The notes below the pieces were generated by a model. It did no database searches and had not been told where the DNA came from. It worked only from the letters and a program-made list of their open reading frames with translations. A stretch of 64,000 bases of DNA from Bythopirellula sp. (GTDB lineage: Bacteria > Planctomycetota > Planctomycetia > Pirellulales > Lacipirellulaceae), in the NCBI GenBank assembly GCA_965216565.1, contig OZ244170.1, positions 4,448,001 through 4,512,000 on the forward strand, given 5' to 3'. Of the stretch, positions 1-9,928 are shown one piece after another. Position 1 is the stretch's first letter. Every line of letters begins with the position of its first letter. The position numbers were made by a program, and so were the translations under genes.

Positions 1-1
1 G

Positions 2-1327
2 CTATCGCAGACGGCCGCCACGGAAAAGCAGTTCAACGAAATCGCCGTCATCTGCAACACGGCTGAGGGGTTGGGCGCGAAGGGTGACCAGCTGATGTTT
101 GCTTTGCAGCTACACAGTTGGGCGATCAAAGAACGCGATCAGATCCGAGTCAAGCAGCTCGAGTCTCAGCTAATCGCCGAGAAAAACGAGCAACAGCAGC
201 GTGCTTTGGAAGCAGAGCAACAGTTGCGTGCGGAGATGGCCAAGCAGAAACTTCGCGTACAACAAGCCGAGCAGAAAATCGAAGCCGAAGCACTTGCTAA
301 GAAACTGCGGTCTGAGCGAATTTCCCAACAGCGTCAAACCACCTTGGTGCAACAGCGACTCCGCAACGAGATCGCGGAGCAAAAATTGCGTGCCGAGCGT
401 GCCGAGCAAAAACTTGCCCAGCAACGTCTCGAACCAATCGAGCCCGAGCCAGAAGTGATTGACGTCTTCGAGATGCCGATGAACGACACGTTTGCTGAGG
501 CACCGGTAGCACTGGCCCCTGTGGCCGTGGCCGCCAATTCGCAACGGCAAGTCGTCACTCCTACCGAGCCCCGTGGTGGCAACGATTGGCAAGCTTTGCA
601 CGATCGGGCCGTCACTTTTGCCGAGCAAGGCAAATTGGCTGAGGCACTGCGTAGCTTCAATCATGTGATCGAGCTCAATCCGATGTTTGCCAAGGCCTAT
701 AGCAATCGGGCTACGTTGCACGTTCAAGCGGGCAATCTCGATTTAGCTATTCACGATTACAAGAAGGCATGCTCCTTAGACAATCAAATGCTGCATGCTC
801 ATCTTGGTTTGGGTCGAGCCTATCATCAGCTAGGAAAACGCGAAGCGGCACTTAAGAGTTTGAACCAGGCGATCGAACTCGATCCTGAGAATCCTGAACT
901 GTACTGCAGTCGTGGCGATTTGCTGGCCGACATGGGCAGCTATCGCAGTGCCCTCTCGGACTACGCTCAGACGATCGATCTCGACACGGAATTCGCCCAC
1001 GCCTATCGCAACGGTGCCTGGCTATTGGCAACATGCCCCGATCCACGTTTTCGCGATCCGACCAATGCCATTCGGGGTGCCCAACAGGCGCTGGAGTTTG
1101 GTTACGGCCAGCGACACATTGCTCTCGACACTCTGGCAGCGGCATTGGCTAGCGATGGCCAGTACGAAGAGGCAGCCAAGACCATGCGTGAGGTGATTGA
1201 AATTGCACCAAGCGATGCTCGCGCCATGTACGAGTCGCGATTGGCAGGCTACGAGGTCGAAGCTCCGTTCTTCGAGCAAATGCCCGAGGATATCGCCCAA
1301 GCGGCATATGAGGTTTCGGATCAGTAG
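2..1327 (+). CDS. TPR-repeat protein with N-terminal coiled coil (5'-truncated by window edge)
   Basis: The frame is open from base 2 (LSQTAATEKQF...), so the TTG at 71 is probably not the start. It has a Q/E/K/R-rich coiled coil, several TPRs (AYSNRA, AHLGLGRAY, LYCSRGD) and the AWLLATCPD..RD motif common in planctomycete TPR proteins. Confidence 0.85.
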   Translation, partial: LSQTAATEKQFNEIAVICNTAEGLGAKGDQLMFALQLHSWAIKERDQIRVKQLESQLIAEKNEQQQRALEAEQQLRAEMAKQKLRVQQAEQKIEAEALAKKLRSERISQQRQTTLVQQRLRNEIAEQKLRAERAEQKLAQQRLEPIEPEPEVIDVFEMPMNDTFAEAPVALAPVAVAANSQRQVVTPTEPRGGNDWQALHDRAVTFAEQGKLAEALRSFNHVIELNPMFAKAYSNRATLHVQAGNLDLAIHDYKKACSLDNQMLHAHLGLGRAYHQLGKREAALKSLNQAIELDPENPELYCSRGDLLADMGSYRSALSDYAQTIDLDTEFAHAYRNGAWLLATCPDPRFRDPTNAIRGAQQALEFGYGQRHIALDTLAAALASDGQYEEAAKTMREVIEIAPSDARAMYESRLAGYEVEAPFFEQMPEDIAQAAYEVSDQ

Positions 1328-1657
1328 AAGTGATCTCGAATTCGCTTAGGTTCTTCCACAGTTCTCAAGAGTAGACAAAAAAATGTCTACCACAGAGAAA
1401 ACGGTAGGGTGGCGCTGCTAGGCCCACCGATTGGGCAGGCTCTCAATAGGAGAGGATCGATCAGCCGCCGCTCCGCTTTGGCTCACTATGGCATTCATCT
1501 CTCTCTTCGCCTTCCATTCCCGAAGCGACTAACAAGACTTCTTTTCACACTGCAATCCTATCGCTTCCGACTGCCTCTTCGATCGTCGGAGTTGAGAAAA
1601 CCCGGGGTTTGCAACTCGCCTAGGACCATGAAGCCTGAGGTAGTTAGGTCACTGAGA

Positions 1658-1862
1658 TACGCCGAAGGCGTTACATACAGTAGCCCAGGGTTGATCGCGG
1701 AGCGATCTACCCTGGGTCCCAATCGACATCATCTCTACCCTCTACCCTGAAGGGGTTGTACATCTTGTGAAACCCTTTCAGGGTATATTTCTTCGCCTTC
1801 ACATACCCAGGGTAGCGGCTGCGCCGCAACCCTGGGCTACGGTATGTATCCCCTTCGGGGAA
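1658..1862. repeat. Inverted pair of REP-like palindromic units (BIME-like)
   Basis: The left unit (..CCGAAGGCGTTACATACAGTAGCCCAGGGTTG..TACCCTGGGT..TACCCTGAAGGGGTT) matches the reverse complement of the right unit (AACCCTTTCAGGGTA..ACCCAGGGTAG..CAACCCTGGGCTACGGTATGTATCCCCTTCGG). Each unit has an internal hairpin, and the pair lies between convergent genes. Confidence 0.8.
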
Positions 1863-1999
1863 TGCCCAAGGCGTGAGACACTCAGCACAGTTCACGTAAA
1901 TAAAACCAGAAGAGGCACGCAGCGATTCTTCGAGCGAATCGAATCCTGGCCATTGAGGGGTAACCGCTCTATGCAATCGCGCCATAGCGTTCAAACGCA

Positions 2000-2947
2000 T
2001 TACATCAACTGCCAGTTGCCTGTCGCTACCACGTAGATGCCTAGTAGCAGATTCGTCACGGCGTGGGCGATGACGCAGTCCCAGATGTTGCGGGTGCGGA
2101 CCATCAGCCAGGTGACCATGCTGAACCACACAAAGGCGGCTAGCAGCTCGCCGGGATGCATCAGCATAGGGATCGCCGTGCCGAGGATCACCGCCATGCG
2201 GTTCACTTCGCCGAAAGGGACCTTCCACCATTGTGGTTCTACAACGTAACGCATAATGAATCCGCGCAGGAAGAACTCTTCGATCACCGGCACGATCAGT
2301 GCCAACCCAGTGAAGCGAATAGCTAGAAACAGATAAGCCCAAACGGGCGTGGCTGCTAAGTGCTCGAGCGGATTAAAGGCGGGACGTTCGCCGGCGCCGA
2401 TGAGGTTCATGAGTCCGATGCCGGGAGTTTCGTCTTCTTCGAACGTCAGCAACAAGTTGCCAAGAAAGCGGTCCACCGGCCCCAGAATTTTTACTTCGAG
2501 TTGCAGTTGGCACAGCCAAATCCACAATACGACTCCCACAACGCCCACTACGATACTTAGCCATCTAAACTTCCAGGGAAATGCCAGATAACCGCTGCTA
2601 ACGGCCAACATCGCGATCAGTGTGAGCGCGATCTTTGCCGTGTAGACCCAGGGGTAATATTCGTAGGGTATCTCCGGCAGGAATCCTGAGGGCTCCGGCG
2701 GGAAATAGGGCTGCGTAGTTTCCGAGGTTTCAGATTGGGACGCCGCAACGGGCGGGGCGTCCTCTTCCGGAGGCGTTGGTTCGAAACTGCCGACGACCAT
2801 ATAAACGAGCATCGGCAAAAGAAAAGTTGTCCATGGCCAACGCGAAGGGAGGCTTTTCGACTGAGAGGCGGTGGCAGCCGGTGGTTCCCCTGGCAGATTG
2901 GCGATCTCAGGTCTATCTGCTGGGTTGTCTTGAGCGGACTCAGGCAT
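2000..2947 (-). CDS. CAAX prenyl protease-related (CPBP/Abi family) membrane protein, PEP-CTERM/exosortase-associated type
   Basis: Multiple TM segments plus the motifs VPVIEEFFLRG, HPGE and AHAVTNLLLG. Start placed at MPESAQ (2947); the ORF track extends to 3040. Confidence 0.8.
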   Translation of the reverse strand: MPESAQDNPADRPEIANLPGEPPAATASQSKSLPSRWPWTTFLLPMLVYMVVGSFEPTPPEEDAPPVAASQSETSETTQPYFPPEPSGFLPEIPYEYYPWVYTAKIALTLIAMLAVSSGYLAFPWKFRWLSIVVGVVGVVLWIWLCQLQLEVKILGPVDRFLGNLLLTFEEDETPGIGLMNLIGAGERPAFNPLEHLAATPVWAYLFLAIRFTGLALIVPVIEEFFLRGFIMRYVVEPQWWKVPFGEVNRMAVILGTAIPMLMHPGELLAAFVWFSMVTWLMVRTRNIWDCVIAHAVTNLLLGIYVVATGNWQLM

Positions 2948-3234
2948 AGAATTGCCTATCTGATTTTCTGGTAAGCAGTTAACGCGATTCTGAATGGCTC
3001 TCACAAGGCACGATAGCACCGCGCCGACGACCGCCTTCATCCTATATTAGCTCGTCGTGAGTACAATTCAGTAGTGAAATCGCTCTTTGCACTATTGCGG
3101 GCGATCCCTAATCTACTGAAACCCCTAAGACTAGCTACCGTGATATAGGCACTAGATTAGCGTGAAATTGACCATTTGCACTAGAAATCTGATAGTGTAC
3201 AGGAGACAATACAGGGCTGTCCCACCTATGAGGC

Positions 3235-3261
3235 AGGGCGTGAGGAACCGCCCTTTTTCTT
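3235..3261 (+). terminator. Terminator-like hairpin in the fusA upstream region
   Basis: AGGGCG-TGAGGAAC-CGCCCT followed by TTTTCTT, about 140 nt before the fusA ATG. Confidence 0.4.
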
Positions 3262-3402
3262 AGTAAAGCGCTTGGAGCATTTCCGCTTCGAAGTGCCCCC
3301 TGAAGAAATTTTTAGCACATCTGCATTGGTGCGATGTGCGATTTATTAATTTTTGAACCACTAGACGTTTATTAGTTGTTCGTTTGAGGTTGAAGAAACG
3401 AC

Positions 3403-5499
3403 ATGGACCTTCGCAAAGTTCGCAACATTGGTATTTCGGCTCACATCGATTCAGGGAAAACGACCCTCAGTGAGCGCATCCTGTATTACGCTGGCCGCAT
3501 CCACAAAATTGAGGATGTGCGCGGAGGTGGCGATGGTGCAACGATGGACCACATGGAACTGGAGAAGGAGCGTGGCATTACCATCACCAGTGCCGCCACC
3601 AGTTTGGAATGGAACGACCACTCGATCAACTTGATCGATACCCCGGGCCACGTTGACTTTACGGTTGAGGTGGAGCGCAGCCTGCGCGTTCTCGACGGAG
3701 CCGTGCTCGTACTATGCTCGGTTGGTGGTGTGCAATCGCAGTCGATGACGGTCGACCGCCAAATGAAGCGATACAACGTTCCGCGATTGGCGTTCATCAA
3801 TAAGATGGACCGCACAGGTGCCGATCCTGTTTCGGTGACAAATCAAGTCCGCGACAAGCTGCATGCCGATGCCGTGATGATGCAGCTTCCGATTGGTGCC
3901 GAAGAAGACTTTGAAGGCGTGATCGACTTGCTAACCATGAAGGCAATTTACTTTGATGGCGCTAAGGGTGAGACCATCCGCGAAGAAGAGATTCCTGCCG
4001 ATCAACTCGAAGAAGCCAAAGAAGGCCGGCATCACATGCTCGAAGCCTTGTCGATGTACAGCGACGAACTGATGGAGCTACTTCTGAGTGAGGAAGAAGT
4101 GCCGCTGGAGTTGGCCCACAAGATTATCCGCGATGCGGTGATTAACCAAGGTTTTACCCCTGTTTATCTGGGCTCTGCCTATAAGAACAAAGGCGTGCAG
4201 CCGTTGATGGACGCCATCAATCGCTATCTGCCCTGTCCTCTCGACCGAGTCGTGAAAGCCAGCAAGCATGGCAATCCCGAAGAGAAGATCGAGCTGGAGA
4301 ATGTCGCAGACAAGCCGTTCGTTGGTATGGCGTTCAAGATCGTCGACGACGAATTTGGCCAGCTGACGTTTACCCGTATCTATCAGGGAACCGTGAAGAA
4401 GGGCGAAACGTATTACAATCAACGCACCGGCAAGAAAGATCGCTTTAGCCGCGTGATGAAGATGCACAGTGATAAGCGAGAAGAAATCGACGAAGCCACT
4501 GCGGGCGATATTGTGGCGATCATGGGCATCGATTGTGCTAGTGGTGATACTTACAGTTCCGAACACAAATATTGCAACCTAGAGAACATCTTCGTCGCCG
4601 AGCCGGTGATTAAGATGTCGATCAACCCGCTGACCCGCGACGGCACCGACCGTCTGGGGAAAGCCTTGCAACGTTTCCGCAAGGAAGATCCTACGTTCCA
4701 CGTCTTTACCGACGAAGAGACGGGCGAAACCGTGATCGCCGGTATGGGCGAGTTGCATCTGGAAATTTACGTCGAGCGTATTCGTCGCGAGTATCGCGTG
4801 GATGTCGAGGTGGGTGCTCCGAAGGTGAGTTACCGCGAGTCGGCAACCGTCACCTGCAATTTCGATCATAAACGAAAAAAGCAGACGGGTGGTTCTGGTC
4901 AGTATGGTCACATCGTAGGTTCCATGGGCCCGATGGACGACGAAGATCGCGAAGAGGCCGAGGGCGAATTGCTATTCGTCGATAATGTCACCGGCGGTCG
5001 CATTCCTAAGCAGTACATTCCTGCTGTAAAGAAGGGCGTCGAGAAAATGATGGAGAAAGGCCCCGTGGCTGGTTTCCCGGTGGTCGATCTTAAGTTTGTG
5101 CTCGACGATGGTACCTATCACGACGTGGATAGTTCCGACATGGCATTCATGTTGACGGCTCAAGAGCTGATTCGCGAGCAGTTCTCCAAGATGAAACCAG
5201 CACTGCTGGAACCCATCATGCTGGCGGAGATCGAGTGTCCTGAAGAGTTCCAAGGTAGCGTCGTGGGCAACTTGGCCAGCCGACGTGGCATGGTTACCAG
5301 CACGGACGTTTTTGATGGCGTCTGCCGAATCCTTGCTGATCTGCCTCTTGCCGAGACGTTTGGCTACTCGACTGACCTGCGAAGTATGACACAAGGTCAA
5401 GGCACATTCACGATGGAGCTTTCCAAATACAAGCCTGTGCCAAGTAACATTCAGGAAGAGATTGTTGCCGAACGAAAAGCAGAGCTTCAACCTGCGTAG
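3403..5499 (+). CDS. fusA: Elongation factor G (stand-alone copy)
   Basis: G-domain motifs [22 protein letters not shown] and NKMD, plus [18 protein letters not shown] and YHDVDSS; 698 aa. Confidence 0.97.
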   Translation: MDLRKVRNIGISAHIDSGKTTLSERILYYAGRIHKIEDVRGGGDGATMDHMELEKERGITITSAATSLEWNDHSINLIDTPGHVDFTVEVERSLRVLDGAVLVLCSVGGVQSQSMTVDRQMKRYNVPRLAFINKMDRTGADPVSVTNQVRDKLHADAVMMQLPIGAEEDFEGVIDLLTMKAIYFDGAKGETIREEEIPADQLEEAKEGRHHMLEALSMYSDELMELLLSEEEVPLELAHKIIRDAVINQGFTPVYLGSAYKNKGVQPLMDAINRYLPCPLDRVVKASKHGNPEEKIELENVADKPFVGMAFKIVDDEFGQLTFTRIYQGTVKKGETYYNQRTGKKDRFSRVMKMHSDKREEIDEATAGDIVAIMGIDCASGDTYSSEHKYCNLENIFVAEPVIKMSINPLTRDGTDRLGKALQRFRKEDPTFHVFTDEETGETVIAGMGELHLEIYVERIRREYRVDVEVGAPKVSYRESATVTCNFDHKRKKQTGGSGQYGHIVGSMGPMDDEDREEAEGELLFVDNVTGGRIPKQYIPAVKKGVEKMMEKGPVAGFPVVDLKFVLDDGTYHDVDSSDMAFMLTAQELIREQFSKMKPALLEPIMLAEIECPEEFQGSVVGNLASRRGMVTSTDVFDGVCRILADLPLAETFGYSTDLRSMTQGQGTFTMELSKYKPVPSNIQEEIVAERKAELQPA

Positions 5500-5588
5500 G
5501 GGATGTGTGAAGTTTGATTGTTGAAGTTTGAAGTTTCAGCTTGAGACTTCTCAACAATTTGTTTTCACATATCTAACTTCTCACACCA

Positions 5589-5634
5589 CTGGCGCAGCCG
5601 TGTTGCCATGCAACACAGGGCTCACGCCAGCTAC
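5589..5634 (-). repeat. GTAG-type REP-like hairpin between convergent fusA and RRM genes
   Basis: The minus strand reads GTAG-CTGGCG..GTGTTGC-ATG-GCAACAC..CGCCAG, a GC-rich stem preceded by GTAG. It may also act as a terminator. Confidence 0.55.
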
Positions 5635-5730
5635 CCGCGCATTCTCGACGACGCATCAGATTTCCCGGTGCGGCCGGAATGACAGACAGGGTGTTCAGCT
5701 TCCACACTTCAACAATCAAACATCAAACTT

Positions 5731-6012
5731 CTACCAGCGTCCTCCCCCACCACCACCGCGAGGTCGTTCGGCTTTGGGGCGGGCTTCGTTGACGGTGATC
5801 GTCCGGCCGTCCACCTCTCGACCGTTCAGACTCTCGATAGCAGAGCGGCCATCATCGGGATTCGACATCGTGACGAATGCGAATCCACGTGGTCGGCCCG
5901 TTTCGCGGTCGGTGATTACGGCGACTTCATCCACCGGACCATGGGCACCAAACTCGGATTGCAAGGTGTCTTGGGTAGTGGAGTACGACAAATTTCCTAC
6001 ATACAACCTCAT
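5731..6012 (-). CDS. RNA-binding protein (RRM domain, Gly-rich tail)
   Basis: RNP2 LYVGNL, RNP1 RGFAFVTM, VNEARP and a GGGGGGRW tail. Start at MRLYVGNL (6012). Confidence 0.93.
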   Translation of the reverse strand: MRLYVGNLSYSTTQDTLQSEFGAHGPVDEVAVITDRETGRPRGFAFVTMSNPDDGRSAIESLNGREVDGRTITVNEARPKAERPRGGGGGGRW

Positions 6013-6615
6013 CGATCCTAAACTCCAATCATCTGGCACCATCGCTTCCGCGACCGCAAAGCCCACGAGGGCAATGGACGCAACGAAAGCAACGTGTCTA
6101 GTCGGCCAACTCAAACCCGTGTGATGAGCCCCAACAACTCATCGGGGAGTTTCTGGTCTGAGTGCCCATTTGGATAATGCTCTCCCCAGCAATGCGACGC
6201 GATCCCCACTGCAGCATTCTTATTGATAGAGCGTCACAAACTTATCGTCGGCTAAGTTTAGCAATTCATGTGCATATTCCAACGCGTTTTTTTGCGTGTG
6301 CTAGAAATATGTTTTTCACAAGAGAGAGGGCGAAAATTCGATTCCCTTGACTTTATAGGAGAAAAGCTTCCTTGGAGGTGGCAATTAACCTGCGGATTTT
6401 ATTTCGATGTTTTTTTCCAAGCCTGGGAGCTTCCCTGCAACAAATCGGTATACCGCTAGCACATCACGACTTTGGCCGAGGGCGTAGATTCTCGTCTTTA
6501 CTCAAATTCCCAAATCGTTTTACACTCTTCGTCCTGCTGAGGAGCCGTTTTAAAAGCGATGCGACCCTCGGCAGTTTGGTAATGGATAGGCCTCTAAGCT
6601 TGAAGGAGCTTTCTG

Positions 6616-7626
6616 ATGATGCGGTTTTCGAAACTGTTGTTGTTAAGCGTGATGAGTATTTGCCTGGTTGTGCCGCCTGTTTCAGGAGCTGGGATTGATA
6701 AATCGGTTCGGCTCGATCCGAATCTTCCTATCTATCATCCGTTGGCCATCGATCAAGTGGCAGGACAACTGAAGCTGGGTGGTTCAAACACCCTCTCGCA
6801 CGTCGCGGCGGTTTGGATTGCAAGCTTCCAGAAGATCTATCCTCAAGCAAAGATCAGCGTCGAGGTGAACGGTTCGCGATCCGCCGTGAAGGATGTAAAA
6901 AGCGGTGACACTCACATCGGACTACTGAGCCGACGTGTTCGTCCCGAGGAGATTGAAGATTTTCACAAGACCTTAGGTCACCCGCCCACCGTGCTCACGC
7001 CTTGCTTAGAACGCACCGCGATCTACGTAAATAAGGACAACCCCATCGAGGGTCTGACGCTGGCACAACTCGACTCGATCTTTTCTAACGAATGCAAACG
7101 TGGTTCCGAGAAATCGTGCGGCTACTGGGGTGGGTTAGGCTTGGAAGGTGAATGGCGCGGCCGCAAGATTGTGGCTAATGGACGCACCAAAGACACCGGC
7201 TCGCAAGTGTTTATGCAAGAAGCTGTGATGCTGGGAGCCACGATGCGTGAAGACTTGGTAACGCACGAATCGAACATCGAGCTGATTCGAGAGATCGCCA
7301 AGAACCCTGGTGCCATTGGTTTCGCTGGGTTGGCGTATGCCACGCCGGAAGTTCGCGCAGTGCCACTTGCAATTCATGACGGCCAGCCCTTTGTAGCGAT
7401 CGATTCGCCTGAAGCAGATCGAGGCGCCTACCCACTCGTGCGTCGTTTGCAATTGGTGGTGAAGCATGATCCCAAGAAAGAGCTACCGCTGATTGAAAAA
7501 GAATTTATCAAATACGTTTTCAGTACTCAGGGTCAGGAAGATGTGGTGAAGGCTGGGTTCCAAGCGATTCCTTCGCGTCCGGCACGCGTCGCTCTCGATG
7601 CGGTTGGTTTGGGACTCTCTCGATAG
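6616..7626 (+). CDS. PstS-family phosphate-binding periplasmic protein
   Basis: Signal peptide and the motifs GSNTL, IYVNKDNPI, GAIGF and YPLVRRL. No pstCAB genes are adjacent. Confidence 0.85.
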   Translation: MMRFSKLLLLSVMSICLVVPPVSGAGIDKSVRLDPNLPIYHPLAIDQVAGQLKLGGSNTLSHVAAVWIASFQKIYPQAKISVEVNGSRSAVKDVKSGDTHIGLLSRRVRPEEIEDFHKTLGHPPTVLTPCLERTAIYVNKDNPIEGLTLAQLDSIFSNECKRGSEKSCGYWGGLGLEGEWRGRKIVANGRTKDTGSQVFMQEAVMLGATMREDLVTHESNIELIREIAKNPGAIGFAGLAYATPEVRAVPLAIHDGQPFVAIDSPEADRGAYPLVRRLQLVVKHDPKKELPLIEKEFIKYVFSTQGQEDVVKAGFQAIPSRPARVALDAVGLGLSR

Positions 7627-7705
7627 CATTCAGTCATCAATCACCTTCCAGCGACGATGCGTTTCATATTGCGACGTCGGGATCAACTGATTAGGAATCA
7701 ATCAC

Positions 7706-9001
7706 ATGAAAATCTTTTCCTCACGAATTCTACCAGCTCTGTTGGCAGTCGTGCTGCTACCCTTCGACACCTCCGCGGTGGAGCCGAACCGCGCGAATAC
7801 CCAAGCGAAGCTGTCGCCCAACGGCGGGTTTAGCTCGGGCAATGCACGTAACAATACCGGATTCAACAATGGCACCTCGTTCACGGCACCAGCTGTGCGC
7901 GATCGGACTAGCCCCGCGCCGAGCCTGTTTCCTTCCAACGGAAACTCTGGTGCAACAGCAGGACTTGATCCTTCGTTGTCTGAGTATTGGGCTCCAATCC
8001 CTGAACAAGTGGCGCAGACCACCGAACGTCAGAAGTGGCGTTTGGGCATCTACCCAGAGAATACTGACACCGGCGTCCGCGTTGGCGAAGTTGTGCGAGG
8101 CTCGGCTGCCGAGCGAGGCGGATTGGAAGTGAACGATCGCATCGTCGGCATCGGAGGGTACCAGGTGGGCTACGTCAACGGCACGCTGTACGACATTGGT
8201 GCGGAGTTCGAGCGACACGCCGATCAAAACGGCTGGGTCCGCGTGTTGGTCCAGAACAATCGTGATGGCAATTTGATTAACATGCCTTTGCAGCTTGATC
8301 CGCGTAACGAAGCGATCACCGGCAGCATTGCCTACCGAGACCGATCGGCACTGCCGCGCGATGCTGTGGCCACGGTGGAATTGCGGGAAGTGCTGCGTTC
8401 CGATCTGCGACCTGTGACCATTGCCCGCCAGACCATTTCTCCGGCAAATCGCATCCCCATTACTTTCGCCATGGAATACGACCCCGCCGAGATCGATTCG
8501 CGTCGGACCTATGTGATCGACGCCAATATTACCTCCGGCGGTCGGCAAATATATGCCATGCGTCAGTCGGCACCGATTTTCAATGGCCGGCCTAGCAAAG
8601 ATGTGCAACTCATCGTCGAGTCGACGTCACGCGGCGGAAACCCGGCGTTTGACCGAAATAGTCAGTTGGAACAAATTGCCAGCTGGTTCCGCGAATATCT
8701 GCGTCGCGAACCACGCTCGCAGGAGCTCTATGTGTGGGAATCACACTTGGCTCGTGGTGGTTCGCTTGAGGACGTGCAACTACAAATCCTCAGCACGCCG
8801 GAATTCTACTATCAGGCGGATGCCAATGATGAAGTGTATATCCGTCGGATGTTCCAGCTAGTGGTGGGCCGTCAGCCCTCGCAACAGGAAGTGTTCGACT
8901 GGAACCGCCGCTTGCAGGATTACAATCGTTTGCGGCCGGAGCTAGCGCGGGAATTCCTGGAAATGGCAGGCGCCCAAGCGGCGAACCCGGTGCGGCGATA
9001 G
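7706..9001 (+). CDS. Secreted PDZ + YbaY/YscW-like domain protein with helical C-terminal repeats
   Basis: Signal peptide; PDZ-like (WRLGI..GVRVGEVVRGSAAERGGLEVNDRI); YbaY-like (ITGSIAYRDRSALP..PITFAMEYDPAEID); C-terminal YLRREP and LVVGRQP repeats. Confidence 0.7.
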   Translation: MKIFSSRILPALLAVVLLPFDTSAVEPNRANTQAKLSPNGGFSSGNARNNTGFNNGTSFTAPAVRDRTSPAPSLFPSNGNSGATAGLDPSLSEYWAPIPEQVAQTTERQKWRLGIYPENTDTGVRVGEVVRGSAAERGGLEVNDRIVGIGGYQVGYVNGTLYDIGAEFERHADQNGWVRVLVQNNRDGNLINMPLQLDPRNEAITGSIAYRDRSALPRDAVATVELREVLRSDLRPVTIARQTISPANRIPITFAMEYDPAEIDSRRTYVIDANITSGGRQIYAMRQSAPIFNGRPSKDVQLIVESTSRGGNPAFDRNSQLEQIASWFREYLRREPRSQELYVWESHLARGGSLEDVQLQILSTPEFYYQADANDEVYIRRMFQLVVGRQPSQQEVFDWNRRLQDYNRLRPELAREFLEMAGAQAANPVRR

Positions 9002-9059
9002 CACATTGTCGCTTGAAATCTCGTGCCTTGGACGTACACGATTCGATCGCTAGTTCCTG

Positions 9060-9106
9060 ATATAGCCGAATCTTAATAGCATTTTTCCGTATGTTTTCGG
9101 CTATAT
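9060..9106. repeat. 11-bp inverted repeat upstream of the DUF5131-TcmP pair
   Basis: ATATAGCCGAA (9060-9070) and TTCGGCTATAT (9096-9106). Confidence 0.6.
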
Positions 9107-9206
9107 ATAGCAAACGAGAACTATTTCATGAAGACTTTCTGGCAACAGGTGGACCGCGCTCTTATATAGTGTACATTAGTTTACATCCCTTGGTTAGATT
9201 ACTATC

Positions 9207-9923
9207 ATGGCAACTACTTCATCAATTGAATGGACGGAAGCTACCTGGAACCCTGTTACAGGTTGTTCCAAGATTAGTTCGGGTTGCGTCAATTGCTATG
9301 CTGAACGAATGGCTAAGCGGCTGGAAGCTATGGGCCAGGATAGATATGCAAATGGCTTTAAGGTCACATTGCAAAGAGACATAGTCGATCTTCCCTTGCG
9401 ATGGAAAAAGCCTAGGCTCGTTTTTGTCAATTCTATGAGCGACCTGTTCCATAAGGATGTTCCTGATGACTATATTTTCGACTGTTTTGAGGTAATGAAC
9501 TCAGCGAGCCAACATACGTTTCAGATTTTGACCAAGCGTCCGGACAGAGTTGTAGAACTAAAAAACCGTTTGTCTTGGGGTCCAAACATATGGATTGGTA
9601 CGAGCATAGAAAACTCTGAGTTTACATGGCGCTCAAGGCTAATCGCAAGAATACCTGCAGCAATTCGATTTCTTTCTGTGGAACCATTATTGGGGCCGAT
9701 ACCTCGGTTGCCATTGAAAAATATAAACTGGGTAATTGTTGGAGGTGAATCTGGACCTGGTGCCAGGCCACTACAAGCTGAGTGGGTCAGAAGTATACGC
9801 GATAGATGTATTTCTTTTTCCGTACCTTTCTTTTTTAAGCAATGGGGAGGTACTAATAAGAAGCGAACTGGCCGAGAATTGGATGGTCGTTTTTGGGATG
9901 AAATGCCAGTAGCCAAAGGTTAA
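9207..9923 (+). CDS. DUF5131 / phage Gp37-Gp68 family protein (radical-SAM-like three-Cys motif)
   Basis: [51 protein letters not shown] and FFFKQWGG. Confidence 0.92.
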   Translation: MATTSSIEWTEATWNPVTGCSKISSGCVNCYAERMAKRLEAMGQDRYANGFKVTLQRDIVDLPLRWKKPRLVFVNSMSDLFHKDVPDDYIFDCFEVMNSASQHTFQILTKRPDRVVELKNRLSWGPNIWIGTSIENSEFTWRSRLIARIPAAIRFLSVEPLLGPIPRLPLKNINWVIVGGESGPGARPLQAEWVRSIRDRCISFSVPFFFKQWGGTNKKRTGRELDGRFWDEMPVAKG

Positions 9924-9928
9924 TTCCC

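Noticed and set aside
1371..1390. GTAGACA-AAAAAA-TGTCTAC palindrome after the TPR gene
   Set aside because: A 7-bp stem with no U-tract; cannot distinguish operator, terminator or chance.
1658..1862. Possible CRISPR array or tRNA
   Set aside because: The repeats are inverted, only two copies, with no regular spacers or cas genes and no cloverleaf.
1409..2342. ORFs 1409-1750 (+), 1707-2342 (-) and 1767-2036 (+)
   Set aside because: They run through the REP-like doublet or overlap the CAAX protease gene, and have no recognisable domains.
5528..6124. 198-aa plus-strand ORF
   Set aside because: It is the antisense shadow of the RRM gene.
9207..9923. Prophage suggested by the Gp37/Gp68 family name
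   Set aside because: There are no structural, integrase or replication phage genes nearby.
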